This document shows positions 8,474 to 17,816 of a DNA stretch of 64,000 nucleotides, piece after piece. A model generated the notes under the pieces. That model did not search any database. It had not been told where the DNA came from and worked only from the letters and a program-made list of their open reading frames with translations. Made by a program: the position numbers and the translations under genes. Position 1 is the first letter of the stretch. Every line of letters starts with the position of its first letter. The stretch is from Prevotellaceae bacterium UBA1391 (GTDB lineage: Bacteria; Bacteroidota; Bacteroidia; Bacteroidales; Bacteroidaceae). The DNA is taken from positions 29,429-93,428 of the forward strand of contig DBQP01000007.1 of NCBI GenBank assembly GCA_002305265.1, in the 5' to 3' direction.

Positions 8474-10054
8474 ATGCCTGATTCAACATCTTCTTCCCGT
8501 CGTCGTCCTACCACCCGAAAGAAAGAGCAAGACACCGTCATTGCAGACATGGGACGTTTGCAGCCGCAAGCCACCGAACTGGAGCAAGCGGTGATTGGCG
8601 CGTGCCTTGTGGAGACGGAGGCGTTTGGACGCATCTCTGATCTCCTGCGTCCGGAGGCTTTCTACGAGAAGCGCAACCGTGAGATATTTACGGCCATACA
8701 GTCGCTGGCGGCCGAAGACCAGCCGATCGATGTTTATACCGTTGTCGAGCAACTTCGCAAGACGGCGCGCCTTGATGATGCCGGGGGCATGGGCTATGTG
8801 GCCGAGCTCAGCGAGAAGATGCTGTCTTCGGCTCACATTGAGTATCATGCCCGTATCATCGCGCAAAAATCTCTCGCCCGGAAACTTATCACGTATACGA
8901 GTGAGATTCAGGAAGGCGCATTCGACGAAGGGACAGACGTTGCGGAACTGATGCAGAAAGCCGAAGGCGAGTTGTTCGAGCTTTCAAAGAACAGCATACG
9001 GAAGGACTTTACGCAGATCAACCCCGTTCTCAAGGACGCTTTTGCACAGCTGCGTGAGGCCAGTGAGCGCAAAGACGGACTGAGCGGACTCAGCAGCGGT
9101 TTTGGTGCTTTGGACAAGATGACGAACGGTTGGCAGAAGAGCGATCTGGTCATCATTGCCGCCCGTCCCGCCATGGGAAAGACGGCGTTTGTCTTGTCGA
9201 TGGCTCGCAACATCGCCGTCACGAACCGTGTGCCGGTTGCAATCTTCTCACTTGAAATGGCGAATGTTCAGCTCGTCAATCGTCTGATTGTGAATGTCTG
9301 CGAGATCAAAGGCGAGAAAATCAAGAGCGGACAGCTGGCGCCGCATGAATGGGCGCAGCTGGATTTGAAGTCGAAGGAGCTGCTCGACGCCCCGCTCTAT
9401 GTGGACGACACGGCTCAGCTCTCCGTCTTCGAGTTGCGTACGAAGGCGCGCCGATTGAAAAAAGAACACGACATTCAGCTGATCATCATCGACTACTTGC
9501 AGTTGATGAACGCCAGCGGTATGAATTATAACTCTCGTCAGGAGGAGGTCAGCATCATTTCGCGTTCTCTGAAGGGCTTGGCCAAGGAGTTGAACATCCC
9601 CATCATTGCTCTGTCGCAGCTGAACCGAAGTGTGGAGAACCGCGTGGGTATTGACCCTGAGAATCCCGACAGCAAGCGCCCGCAGCTGAGCGACTTGCGT
9701 GAGTCAGGCTCCATCGAGCAGGATGCCGACATGGTCTGCTTCATCCATCGCCCTGAATACTATAAGATCTACAAGGACCAATATGGCAACGATCTGCGTG
9801 GAAAGGGTTTCATCATCATCGCCAAACATCGAAACGGCGAAGTGGGCGACGTCACGTTGAAGTTCGAAGGAGAATACATCCGCTTCTCCGATGTGAACGA
9901 CACGGACGATGCGCCACTTCCGCTTCCGCCTGGCGAGTCGTCGGGCAGCGGCGTGGTCTATCCTTCGCGTGCCAATCAGCCGATGCTGGATCCGAATGAT
10001 CCTTTCAACAGTTTCACGGCGGATATGGCTCCGGGAGACGACGTGCCCTATTGA
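8474..10054 (+). CDS. dnaB: Replicative DNA helicase DnaB
   Basis: N-terminal DnaB domain (LQPQATELEQAVIGACL), Walker A (ARPAMGKT) and SLEM...QLNR...RESGSIEQDAD motifs. 526 aa, with a short acidic/proline-rich C-terminal tail. Confidence 0.9.
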   Translation: MPDSTSSSRRRPTTRKKEQDTVIADMGRLQPQATELEQAVIGACLVETEAFGRISDLLRPEAFYEKRNREIFTAIQSLAAEDQPIDVYTVVEQLRKTARLDDAGGMGYVAELSEKMLSSAHIEYHARIIAQKSLARKLITYTSEIQEGAFDEGTDVAELMQKAEGELFELSKNSIRKDFTQINPVLKDAFAQLREASERKDGLSGLSSGFGALDKMTNGWQKSDLVIIAARPAMGKTAFVLSMARNIAVTNRVPVAIFSLEMANVQLVNRLIVNVCEIKGEKIKSGQLAPHEWAQLDLKSKELLDAPLYVDDTAQLSVFELRTKARRLKKEHDIQLIIIDYLQLMNASGMNYNSRQEEVSIISRSLKGLAKELNIPIIALSQLNRSVENRVGIDPENPDSKRPQLSDLRESGSIEQDADMVCFIHRPEYYKIYKDQYGNDLRGKGFIIIAKHRNGEVGDVTLKFEGEYIRFSDVNDTDDAPLPLPPGESSGSGVVYPSRANQPMLDPNDPFNSFTADMAPGDDVPY

Positions 10055-10083
10055 CATGCTCGCCTCCAGCGCATTCTCGCTAC

Positions 10084-10123
10084 AAAAAAATCCTGCTACG
10101 GCTGTCGTAGCAGGATTTTTTTG
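10084..10123. terminator. Bidirectional rho-independent terminator between convergent dnaB and queF
   Basis: 11-bp stem ATCCTGCTACG / CGTAGCAGGAT (10090-10100 / 10106-10116) with a 5-nt loop. An A7 run lies on the left and a T-run on the right. Confidence 0.7.
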
Positions 10124-10286
10124 TATGATTTTGTGGTGAGACGTTGGCGTTGTTGAAACGAGGGGGCGCGCTTCAATGCATGATTCTACCGCGCTGTCAT
10201 ACCATTTCTTGTGTTGACAGTGTTTAGTCGCGCGGCAATGAAGGTGGCCAACATGGCTTCCATCAGCCCTCCCATGTGTCCTCCGC

Positions 10287-10748
10287 TCAATTCATGTCGT
10301 GGTGTTGCAGGCGGAAGTCGGCCATGTCCGCATACTTGGTTCCCGCACGCCCATAGTTGGCATACGGATAGATGGATATGCCGCCGCGTGGCGTGAAGAT
10401 GCCGGTTACCTCAATGTATTTCGGATCCATCAACCGGATGAGATCTTTCATGATGATGTTGACGCAGTCTTCGTGAAAGTCTCCGTGGTTGCGGAAGGAG
10501 AACAGATAGAGCTTCAGGCTCTTGCTCTCCACCATGCGCACGTCCGGAATGTAGGAAATCCGAATCTCGGCAAAGTCGGGTTGCCCCGTGATGGGGCAAA
10601 GCGAGGTGAATTCAGGGCAGTTGAAGCGCACCCAATAGTCGTTGTCCTGGTGCTTGTTCTCAAAGGTCTCCAGCACTTCCGGCGCATAGTCCTGCCGATA
10701 TTCCGTTTTTCGGCCCAAGAGTTGCAGGCCTTCTTTTTCTCGTTTCAT
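10287..10748 (-). CDS. queF: NADPH-dependent 7-cyano-7-deazaguanine (preQ0) reductase
   Basis: ORF 10287..10790, trimmed to MKREKEG... at 10748. Carries the unimodular QueF signature ...[26 protein letters not shown].... Confidence 0.9.
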   Translation of the reverse strand: MKREKEGLQLLGRKTEYRQDYAPEVLETFENKHQDNDYWVRFNCPEFTSLCPITGQPDFAEIRISYIPDVRMVESKSLKLYLFSFRNHGDFHEDCVNIIMKDLIRLMDPKYIEVTGIFTPRGGISIYPYANYGRAGTKYADMADFRLQHHDMN

Positions 10749-10780
10749 ATAGAAGGTTTGTCGTTTGCGGCATGCCTGGC

Positions 10781-11461
10781 TCAATGGCATGCCTTGAGGT
10801 TCTCACGTTCGTTCAGGTACGTCTCCAGCCCGTGCCTCCGCAGCTTGCATGCCGGACAGTGTCCGCAGCCGTCGCCGGGTATGCCGTTGTAGCATGTGAG
10901 CGTGCGTTCCCTCACGAGCGAAAATACGCCGAGGCGGTCTGCCATGGCCCAGGTTGCTGTCTTGTCGAGCCACATGAGCGGCGTGTGGATGACGAACTGC
11001 TCGTCCATGCCGAGGTTGAGGCTGACGTTGAGACTCCGGATGAAGGAGTCGCGGCAGTCGGGATAGCCCGAGAAGTCGGTTTGCGACACGCCCGTCACGA
11101 GGTGCATGGCGTCAATCTCGCGGGCATGCACGGCAGCCATGCTCAGAAAGAACAGGTTGCGCCCGGGCACGAACGTGTTGGGCGGTGCCTCTGCCGGCTT
11201 TTCCCGATCCATCTCGATGGCCGAGTCGGTCAGACTGCATCCGCTGCAGAGCTGCGGGATGAAGCCCGCGTCCACCTCGCGGATGGGCACGTTGGCTATG
11301 GCAGCCATTTCGTGTGCGATGTCTACCTCCTGTGCGTGTTTCTGTCCGTAGCGGAAAGTGATGGCACTCACGCGTTCGAATCGCTGCTTGGCCCAAAACA
11401 AGCAGGTCGTGCTGTCCTGGCCGCCCGAGAGCACCACCAGTGCATGATTCTTGTCCAACAT
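10781..11461 (-). CDS. queC: 7-cyano-7-deazaguanine synthase
   Basis: [21 protein letters not shown] (PP-loop SGGxDS) plus the C-terminal Zn cluster [19 protein letters not shown]. Confidence 0.9.
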   Translation of the reverse strand: MLDKNHALVVLSGGQDSTTCLFWAKQRFERVSAITFRYGQKHAQEVDIAHEMAAIANVPIREVDAGFIPQLCSGCSLTDSAIEMDREKPAEAPPNTFVPGRNLFFLSMAAVHAREIDAMHLVTGVSQTDFSGYPDCRDSFIRSLNVSLNLGMDEQFVIHTPLMWLDKTATWAMADRLGVFSLVRERTLTCYNGIPGDGCGHCPACKLRRHGLETYLNERENLKACH

Positions 11462-11474
11462 GTCGTCTGCCGTC

Positions 11475-12227
11475 TTATGCCAGTTCGCGGATGCGGAGAA
11501 TGTTGTACGAGATTCCTTCGTCGTAGACGCTCGTTTTCTCGTGGCGTTTCACGTAGCGGACGACGCGCGACGTCAGCGGCAGTGCAACAATCTCGTAGAG
11601 CGTCTTGGCCGTCACCTGCAAGGCCATGAGCTTGAGGAGTTCGCCCAGCGGCATGAGGCCGCCGAAAGCCAGGGGAAAGAAGATGATGCTGTCGGCCGTC
11701 TCACCTACGAGCGTGGAGAGCACGGCGCGCCAGGCAAAGTGCCGCTCCTTGTCGCGCAGTTTCATGCGGCTCATCACCCAGGCATTGAGAAAGGAGCCGA
11801 CGAGGAAGGCGCTCAGGCTGGCGAACGCGATGCGTGGCGCCAGACCGAAGACGAAGGAGAAGTGTTCAGCTCCCTGCCAGAACGGTGCCGCCGGCAGTGC
11901 CACGGCAATTCCGCCCATGGCTACGACGAAAAAGTTCATGAAGAACCCCGTCCAGATGATGAGGCGGGCCTTTCGGAATCCCCACACCTCGGCAATGCAG
12001 TCGTTGAGGATATAGCTGATGGGGAAGACGATGAAGCCTGCCGTCATCGAGATGGGGCCGAATTGCACGACTTTGGTCTCCAACAGATTGGAGGCGACGA
12101 GGCAGATGCAGAAGAGGATGCCCATCAGCATAAAGGATACACTGACCATAAATCCCTTTCCGGACTGTGGTCTACTGGCAGGTGTTGCCGCGCTTGTCGC
12201 AGCAACAGACGATTGATTTTGAAGCAT
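11475..12227 (-). CDS. yhhQ: Queuosine-precursor transporter (YhhQ / COG1738 / DUF165 family)
   Basis: Polytopic membrane protein with ...[17 protein letters not shown]...[13 protein letters not shown]..., typical of the YhhQ family. First gene of the yhhQ-queC-queF operon. Confidence 0.85.
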   Translation of the reverse strand: MLQNQSSVAATSAATPASRPQSGKGFMVSVSFMLMGILFCICLVASNLLETKVVQFGPISMTAGFIVFPISYILNDCIAEVWGFRKARLIIWTGFFMNFFVVAMGGIAVALPAAPFWQGAEHFSFVFGLAPRIAFASLSAFLVGSFLNAWVMSRMKLRDKERHFAWRAVLSTLVGETADSIIFFPLAFGGLMPLGELLKLMALQVTAKTLYEIVALPLTSRVVRYVKRHEKTSVYDEGISYNILRIRELA

Positions 12228-12262
12228 TTGTTCTTGTTTTTTACGTGGTGTTCAAGCACACG
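12228..12262 (-). promoter_or_regulatory. Candidate preQ1-I riboswitch aptamer in the yhhQ leader
   Basis: Minus-strand RNA is CGUGUGCUUGAACACCACGUAAAAAACAAGAACAA, followed directly by the AUG. P1 is CGUG/CACG with an 11-nt loop ending in C, followed by an A6 tract. CAAG then pairs with loop CUUG to give an H-type pseudoknot. The genomic context fits, since this riboswitch class classically precedes que and COG1738 genes. Not verified with a covariance model. Confidence 0.4.
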
Positions 12263-12312
12263 GCAGCCCTCATATCCTCGGGCTGCGAGGCAATAAATAC
12301 TGTTTCGGGCGG

Positions 12313-12320
12313 CAAAGTTA
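12313..12320 (-). promoter_or_regulatory. Bacteroidota -7 box (TAACTTTG on minus strand) for the yhhQ-queC-queF operon
   Basis: Plus strand reads CAAAGTTA. About 86 nt upstream of the ATG at 12227. Confidence 0.4.
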
Positions 12321-12443
12321 CGCATTTTATTCAGATAAATTCGCTTTCTGACAAAAAAATCTCATGCGCACCCATTTTTCCCGCTCTTCGCCTCGCGCAA
12401 AAAACGGAAGAACGTAATTTAAAAATCAGAGAAGCGAAAATAT

Positions 12444-12485
12444 AAAATCGGAGAAGCGCTTTTTCATTTTCACTTCTCCGATTTT
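12444..12485 (-). terminator. Rho-independent terminator downstream of rhaD
   Basis: 13-bp stem AAAATCGGAGAAG / CTTCTCCGATTTT (12444-12456 / 12473-12485) with a 16-nt loop. On the minus-strand RNA the stem is followed by a U-rich tract. The left arm is also the second copy of a 22-bp-spaced direct repeat (12422 and 12444). Confidence 0.6.
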
Positions 12486-12598
12486 CACAGTTGTTCGTCA
12501 GCCGATATGTTTGCGTCGGGCCAGTCCTGTGCCTCAGTCCGCACCGTGACCGCTTTGGCCTTGCGCTTGGCGGGTTTTCGGAATGCCGTCCGGCCGGG

Positions 12599-13420
12599 TC
12601 AGCAGGGGCGTTGCTTGGGCAACTGGAAGACCTCCTGCACCTCTCGCATGGCCTCTTCAGTCATGCCTTCGGGGGTGAAGCCCATGTTCTTGGCACACAT
12701 GTAGATTTCTGCCGATTTGTTAAGCACATCCACTTGGTCGAAGGCATCCATGAGGTCGCGGCCGACGGCGCACACGCCATGCTTCTCCCACAGCACGACG
12801 TCGTATTCGCGAATCTGCTCGAGCGTAGCCTCAGCCAGCCTCACGCTGCCTGGCAAGGTGTAGGGCACGATGCCCAGGCCGAGCGGAGCGAATGCGAGTG
12901 TCTCGGGAATCATCGACCACAGCAGGTGCGTCATGGCGTCCTTCTTCAGCAGTTCCTTGTTGTGGCTCATGGCCACAAGCTGTATGGGATGTGTGTGGAG
13001 CGACGCCTTATAGGTGGAGCCTGTGGCGAGGAGGTAGTTGTGCATCGAGAGATGCGAGGGCAGCTCGCTCGTCGGCAGCACCGGCTCGTCGGCTATGATG
13101 ACATAGGAGGCGCAGTCGTCGAGGATACGGATGATGCTGCCGTTCTGCATGGGCTGGCGCGCGAGGTCGCGCATGCGCTTGCCCGTGCCCTTGCAATAGA
13201 AGTAGCAGCCGCGCAGGTGGGGCAGTATGGTGCCGATGGCCATGGGGCCGGAGAGCGCAGGCAAGGCGCGGATGGCTTCGTCGACGTGTTCCGTGACGTT
13301 GACCGTGATGTTGCCTCCGTTGCGTTCAGCCCAGCCTTTCTGCCAGAGATAGCCGGCCACTTCGGCCACTTGCTCTACTGCGGCGCGGAGGCCGGGGCGA
13401 TTGTCTAATATGCTGTTCAT
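12599..13420 (-). CDS. rhaD: Rhamnulose-1-phosphate aldolase (class II aldolase)
   Basis: ORF 12599..13675, trimmed to MNSILDN... at 13420 (273 aa). Shows ...WQKGWAERNGGNITV...PTSELPSHL...HTHP...WEKHGV..., closely paralleling E. coli RhaD. Confidence 0.85.
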   Translation of the reverse strand: MNSILDNRPGLRAAVEQVAEVAGYLWQKGWAERNGGNITVNVTEHVDEAIRALPALSGPMAIGTILPHLRGCYFYCKGTGKRMRDLARQPMQNGSIIRILDDCASYVIIADEPVLPTSELPSHLSMHNYLLATGSTYKASLHTHPIQLVAMSHNKELLKKDAMTHLLWSMIPETLAFAPLGLGIVPYTLPGSVRLAEATLEQIREYDVVLWEKHGVCAVGRDLMDAFDQVDVLNKSAEIYMCAKNMGFTPEGMTEEAMREVQEVFQLPKQRPC

Positions 13421-13500
13421 AGGATGAATGGTTCTAATGCGTTTGTTGGTTGGATGATGTCTCTTGCGCCCCGTGCTGCAGGCAAGCGGGGCTGCAGGGT

Positions 13501-14847
13501 TTATGCTTCGCCGTAGCGCTCGCGGGTGATTTGCTCGAGCGACTTGCCACGCGTGTCCGGACATCCCGCCACGCCCACGATGAGCGAGATGAGCAGCAGG
13601 GCAATCATGCAGTAGGCCGCGATGGTGAATCCCTCGCCGTGCTCGCCGTAGATGAAGGTGAACACGAGACCCCAAACGGCCGACAGGCTGCGCACCACGA
13701 AGAACATCAGGCCTTGTGCGCCGGCGCGGAACTTGGCCGGGAAGAGCTCCGAGCCCCAGAGCGCGTAGAAGATCTGGACGGAGATGCCGCCCTCAATGCC
13801 CCACAGGATGGCGAAGGCCCAAAGGCCGGCCGGGCCGTTCACGCCGATGCCGACGATGATGACCCATGCGCTGATGGCGAACAGCAGGCCGAGGATGTAC
13901 AGCCACTTGTGGCGGATGCGGTCGATGACGAACGAGAGCACGAAGGTGGTGAGCACGATGATGGCCCACTGGATGCAGTTCATCCAGTTGGCTTGCTCGT
14001 TGTCGACGCCGCCGGCTGTCTCGTAGATGTGCGGTTGGAAGAATCCCATGACGGAGGCCACGAGATTCCACGTGAGGTAGATGGTGACGAGGTAGAGCAC
14101 CGTACGGATGGCCGTTCGGTTGTCGAAGAGCACGCGGAAGGCGTGCAGCAGTCCGCGGTCTTCGCCTTTTGCTGCAGCCGCCTGCTGCGTGGCGGTCCAT
14201 TCGTGGCTCTCCTCCAGTTTGCGCTGCATGTTCCATGCGATGAGCGCCACGAGGAAGAGGGAGAAGAATACGACGCGCGAGCTGAACACATTCAGGGCAT
14301 CGCCGCTGAGGGCGGGCCCGCCGACGGCATGCGCCAGCGCCTCCACCCAGCCGAACAAATAGCCGCCGGGGGCGAAGAACATGCCGAGCAGCAGGATGAT
14401 CATCGGCCCGACGCCCCACGACATCTGCGAGATGCAGATGTTGCGTCCGCGCTTGTCTATCTCCGAGCTTTCCGATATGTAGGTCCACGAGGCAGGCACG
14501 CCGATGCCCACCGAGATGCCTGTGACGAGGAATCCGCACAGCAGCATCGGATAATTCACGGAGCACACCACCAGCAGCACGCCCAGCATGTAGACCAGCA
14601 GGTTGTACGTGTAGATGAACTTCCGCCCGTATTTGTCGGCGAGGAAGCCGCCGACGATGGCGCCCAGTGCGGCGCCCAGACAGTTGGCGCTGATGAAGTT
14701 GAGCCATCCGAGGTGCACTTCCGTCAGGCCGAGATAGTTCTGCCAGAGGGTGAGACCGCTTGCGCCGGCCACGATGGCGCCGGCATCCAGATAGTTGGTG
14801 AGCGAGACGGCAATGGTCTGCTTCAGACTTCCAGTTTCGTTTGTCAT
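13501..14847 (-). CDS. MFS sugar-porter family transporter (putative rhamnose importer)
   Basis: ORF trimmed to MTNETGS... at 14847. 12-TM MFS protein with the GGFLADKYGRKF motif. Embedded between rhaA and rhaD. Confidence 0.8.
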   Translation of the reverse strand: MTNETGSLKQTIAVSLTNYLDAGAIVAGASGLTLWQNYLGLTEVHLGWLNFISANCLGAALGAIVGGFLADKYGRKFIYTYNLLVYMLGVLLVVCSVNYPMLLCGFLVTGISVGIGVPASWTYISESSEIDKRGRNICISQMSWGVGPMIILLLGMFFAPGGYLFGWVEALAHAVGGPALSGDALNVFSSRVVFFSLFLVALIAWNMQRKLEESHEWTATQQAAAAKGEDRGLLHAFRVLFDNRTAIRTVLYLVTIYLTWNLVASVMGFFQPHIYETAGGVDNEQANWMNCIQWAIIVLTTFVLSFVIDRIRHKWLYILGLLFAISAWVIIVGIGVNGPAGLWAFAILWGIEGGISVQIFYALWGSELFPAKFRAGAQGLMFFVVRSLSAVWGLVFTFIYGEHGEGFTIAAYCMIALLLISLIVGVAGCPDTRGKSLEQITRERYGEA

Positions 14848-14922
14848 AGTCGTTCCTTGTTGATGATGCGGCCGCCGGTGTTTCCGTCCGTCCGCCATTA
14901 CTGTTCAAAAGGCAGGCCGGCG

Positions 14923-16173
14923 TCAGCGCTTGCTCGTTACGTCGTGCTCGTATTGCTGGATCAGGCGGATGTAGTCTTCGCCCACGGGCACGTGGTTCTT
15001 CAGGTTGAAGTAGTCGAACACGGCGCCGAAAGGCAGGCTCTTGGCCTCTTCCATGAGGGCCAGTCGCTCGAATCCCATGTTCTTGTCCTCATAGTCGCGC
15101 AACAGCCCGACGGGTTCCAGCAGCGCCTGCAGCAGACATTTCTGTGTCGCGCGCGTACCGATGATGTATGCACCGATGCGGTTGATGGAGGCATCGAAGT
15201 AGTCGAGCCCCACGTGGGCGCGGTGGAGCGCATCTGCCCGCACGATTTCCTTGAACAGGTCCAGCGTCTGGTCATTCATGATGGTGACGTGGTCGGAGTC
15301 CCAGCGCACGGGCCGGCTCACATGGAGCATCAGTTCCGGCACGAAGAGGAGGAGCGATGCCACCATGTCGCTCACGTTCTCCGTCTGCTCGTAGTGTCCC
15401 GTGTCGAGCGTATAGATGACCTTGCGGGTGGCGCAATAGCCTGCGTAGAAGTCGTGCGAGCCCACGGTGTAGCTTTCCAGGCCGATGCCGAAGAGCTTGG
15501 CCTCTACGCAGCTCTTCATGTGGGGCAGCGGCTCCGCCAGGATTTGGTCGAGCGAGTCTGCCAGAATCTCACGGTAGTATTTGCGTCTGACGGGCATGTC
15601 CTTGCTGCCGTCGTGCACCCAGATGTTCATGATGCAGGGGTCTCCCTGCCGCTGGCCCATCACGTCGGCAATGCGCCGGCAGCGCTTCGTGTGCTCAATC
15701 CAGAACGCGCGGATGGCTGGGTCTGGGTTGGCCAGCGTGAGGTTCCCGCTCTTGGGATGGGAGAAGCTGGTGGAGTTGAAGTCCAGCTTGAGCTTCTGTT
15801 GCTCGGCCCATTGCATCCAGCTTTCGAAGTGGGCGGGCTCCACTTGGTCTCGGTCGACGAATTTGCCGCCAAAGTCGCCGTAAGTCTCGTGCAGGTTGAG
15901 GCGGTGGTTGCCTGCCAGCAACGTCTGCACGAAGGCGATGTCTTGGCGCACCTCGTCGATGTTGCGCGCGCGTCCGGGGTAGTTGCCGGTCGCCTGGATG
16001 CCGCCGGAGAGCGCCTCGCTCCGCTCGAAGCCGACGACGTCGTCGGTTTGCCAGCAGTGGAGCGAGATGGGAATTTGCTCAAGTGTCTCGATCACCTTGT
16101 CGGTGTCGATGCCGAGTGCTGCGTATCGCTCCTTGGCGAGGGCGTATGCACTGATGATGGATGATTCGTTCAT
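14923..16173 (-). CDS. rhaA: L-rhamnose isomerase
   Basis: MNESSIISAYALAKERYAALGIDTDKVIETLEQIPISLHCWQTDDVVGFE..., 416 aa, typical of RhaA. Confidence 0.9.
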   Translation of the reverse strand: MNESSIISAYALAKERYAALGIDTDKVIETLEQIPISLHCWQTDDVVGFERSEALSGGIQATGNYPGRARNIDEVRQDIAFVQTLLAGNHRLNLHETYGDFGGKFVDRDQVEPAHFESWMQWAEQQKLKLDFNSTSFSHPKSGNLTLANPDPAIRAFWIEHTKRCRRIADVMGQRQGDPCIMNIWVHDGSKDMPVRRKYYREILADSLDQILAEPLPHMKSCVEAKLFGIGLESYTVGSHDFYAGYCATRKVIYTLDTGHYEQTENVSDMVASLLLFVPELMLHVSRPVRWDSDHVTIMNDQTLDLFKEIVRADALHRAHVGLDYFDASINRIGAYIIGTRATQKCLLQALLEPVGLLRDYEDKNMGFERLALMEEAKSLPFGAVFDYFNLKNHVPVGEDYIRLIQQYEHDVTSKR

Positions 16174-16270
16174 GGTGGTAAGATGTTGTGGTTATGTCTG
16201 TTTCAATGCGTGTCCTTGCTGCATAGCTGCGGGCTGACAGGCGTTGTCCCGCTTCGCTCTGGTGGGGTGT

Positions 16271-17773
16271 TCAGTGTGCCTCCGCCGCGTTTGGGTCGGA
16301 GGTCGCTTGCAGGAAGCGTGCGTAGGCGGCATCCCACAGGGCGGCATCAGTCGGTTCGTAGCGGCGCATCTCGATGCTGTCGGCGATAATGCGCCGCATG
16401 GATGCGAGGCCGTCGACGAGGCCGGCGGCTCTTGCCTGCATCATGATGTTGCCGATGGCGGTGCCTTCCACAGGCCCGGCAACGACCGGACGGCCGATGG
16501 CGTTGGCCGTCATCTGCATCAGGTGGTGGTTGTGGGTTCCTCCGCCGATGGCGTGGAGCGTGCGGATGGGCATCGGTGCCAGGCTGTCCAGCCAGGAGAG
16601 CACTTGCCGGTAGCGCATGGCCAGGCTGTCGAAGATGACCCGAACGACCTCCGCGTAGCTCTGCGGAACGGGCTGCGAGGTCGTGGCGCAGTAGCGTCGG
16701 ATGGCTTCCTGCATGGATTGGGGATGGGCAAAGGCTTCGTCGTCGGGGTTGATGAAGCTGCGGAAGAAGGGGACGGAGGCGGCGTCGGCAACGAGCCGGC
16801 CGACGTCGGAGGGGATGCTGGCGTCGCCGCTCCACTCCTTTCGGCACTGCTCCAGCAGCCACATGCCGCAGATGTTCTTGAGGAAGCGGGTGGTTCCGTC
16901 CACGCCGCCTTCGTTCGTGAAGTTGTAGCGTTGGCTTTCCGCATGGATGATGGGCTGTGGCGACTCGATGCCGAGGAGCGACCAAGTGCCGCAGCTCAGG
17001 TAGGCGAAGTCGGTGCCGGCGGCAGGTACGGCAGCCACGGCGGAGGCTGTGTCGTGTCCGGCTACGGCAATGACGGGCACGGGGCCGAGCCCTGTGGCTT
17101 TCTGTACGTCGTCGGTGAGCGTTCCTACCCGTGTTCCGGGTCTGACCATTGGCCCGAACTGGCTGCGGTCGAGCCCGAGTGGACGCAGCAGGTCGGCGTC
17201 GATCTCACCGGTCCGCGGGTTGAGCAACTGCGCCGTGGAGAGCACGGAATACTCGCACACGGCCTGCCCCGTGAGCATATAGCTGAGCGCATCGGGGATG
17301 AACAGCACCTTGTCGGCAGCCGCGAGTGCCGAGTCGGCGTTGCGGCGCATGGTGTGCAACTGGAACAGCGAGTTGAAGTTCATGAACTGGATGCCCGTCT
17401 TGGCATAGACGGTGTCGCGGTCTACCAGTTTGAAATATTCCTCCTGCGCGCCGTCGGTGTGCGGGTCGCGGTAGCAGAGCGGGTTGCGCAGGATGCCTCC
17501 GTCGCGGCCCACGCACACGAAGTCGCAGCCCCAGGCGTCGATGCCGATGGAGGTGAGCTGGATGCCTTCGGCGGCCACGAGCCGCAGTCCGTGCAGGATT
17601 TCCCGGTAGAGGGCGAAGATGTCCCAGTAGAGATGGCCTCCCTGTGGGATGATGTCGTTCGGGAATCGTGTGATCTCGCGTTGCTGGAGCCTTCCGTCGG
17701 CCATGCTGCCGAGGATGGTCCGTCCGCTTGTAGCGCCGAGATCGACGGCCAGAAAGTGATGCGTGTCTGTCAT
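16271..17773 (-). CDS. rhaB: Rhamnulokinase (FGGY carbohydrate kinase)
   Basis: N-terminal FLAVDLGATSGR motif and FGGY architecture. Adjacent to rhaA. Confidence 0.85.
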   Translation of the reverse strand: MTDTHHFLAVDLGATSGRTILGSMADGRLQQREITRFPNDIIPQGGHLYWDIFALYREILHGLRLVAAEGIQLTSIGIDAWGCDFVCVGRDGGILRNPLCYRDPHTDGAQEEYFKLVDRDTVYAKTGIQFMNFNSLFQLHTMRRNADSALAAADKVLFIPDALSYMLTGQAVCEYSVLSTAQLLNPRTGEIDADLLRPLGLDRSQFGPMVRPGTRVGTLTDDVQKATGLGPVPVIAVAGHDTASAVAAVPAAGTDFAYLSCGTWSLLGIESPQPIIHAESQRYNFTNEGGVDGTTRFLKNICGMWLLEQCRKEWSGDASIPSDVGRLVADAASVPFFRSFINPDDEAFAHPQSMQEAIRRYCATTSQPVPQSYAEVVRVIFDSLAMRYRQVLSWLDSLAPMPIRTLHAIGGGTHNHHLMQMTANAIGRPVVAGPVEGTAIGNIMMQARAAGLVDGLASMRRIIADSIEMRRYEPTDAALWDAAYARFLQATSDPNAAEAH

Positions 17774-17816
17774 GATGGTGGGGATGAGGGGCGGTGCCCG
17801 ATTGCTTGCTGGCCGC

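Noticed and set aside
8474-10054. Intein or insertion in DnaB (526 aa)
   Set aside because: The helicase motifs are contiguous. The extra length comes from short N- and C-terminal tails, and there are no intein splice-junction blocks.
13450-16164. 904-aa ORF on the plus strand, and similar long ORFs at 16244..17884, 35530..37554, 38939..40543, 44001..45482, 53367..54740, 56673..58160, 60875..61894 and 61867..63027
   Set aside because: All lie antisense to genes with strong, specific family motifs (MFS/rhaA, rhaB, addB, addA, HTCS, GH5-GH43, T9SS cargo, GH43, GH10). Their translations are low-complexity and rich in A/G/V/R/D/E/H, with no recognisable motifs. Long stop-free antisense frames are expected in GC-rich DNA.
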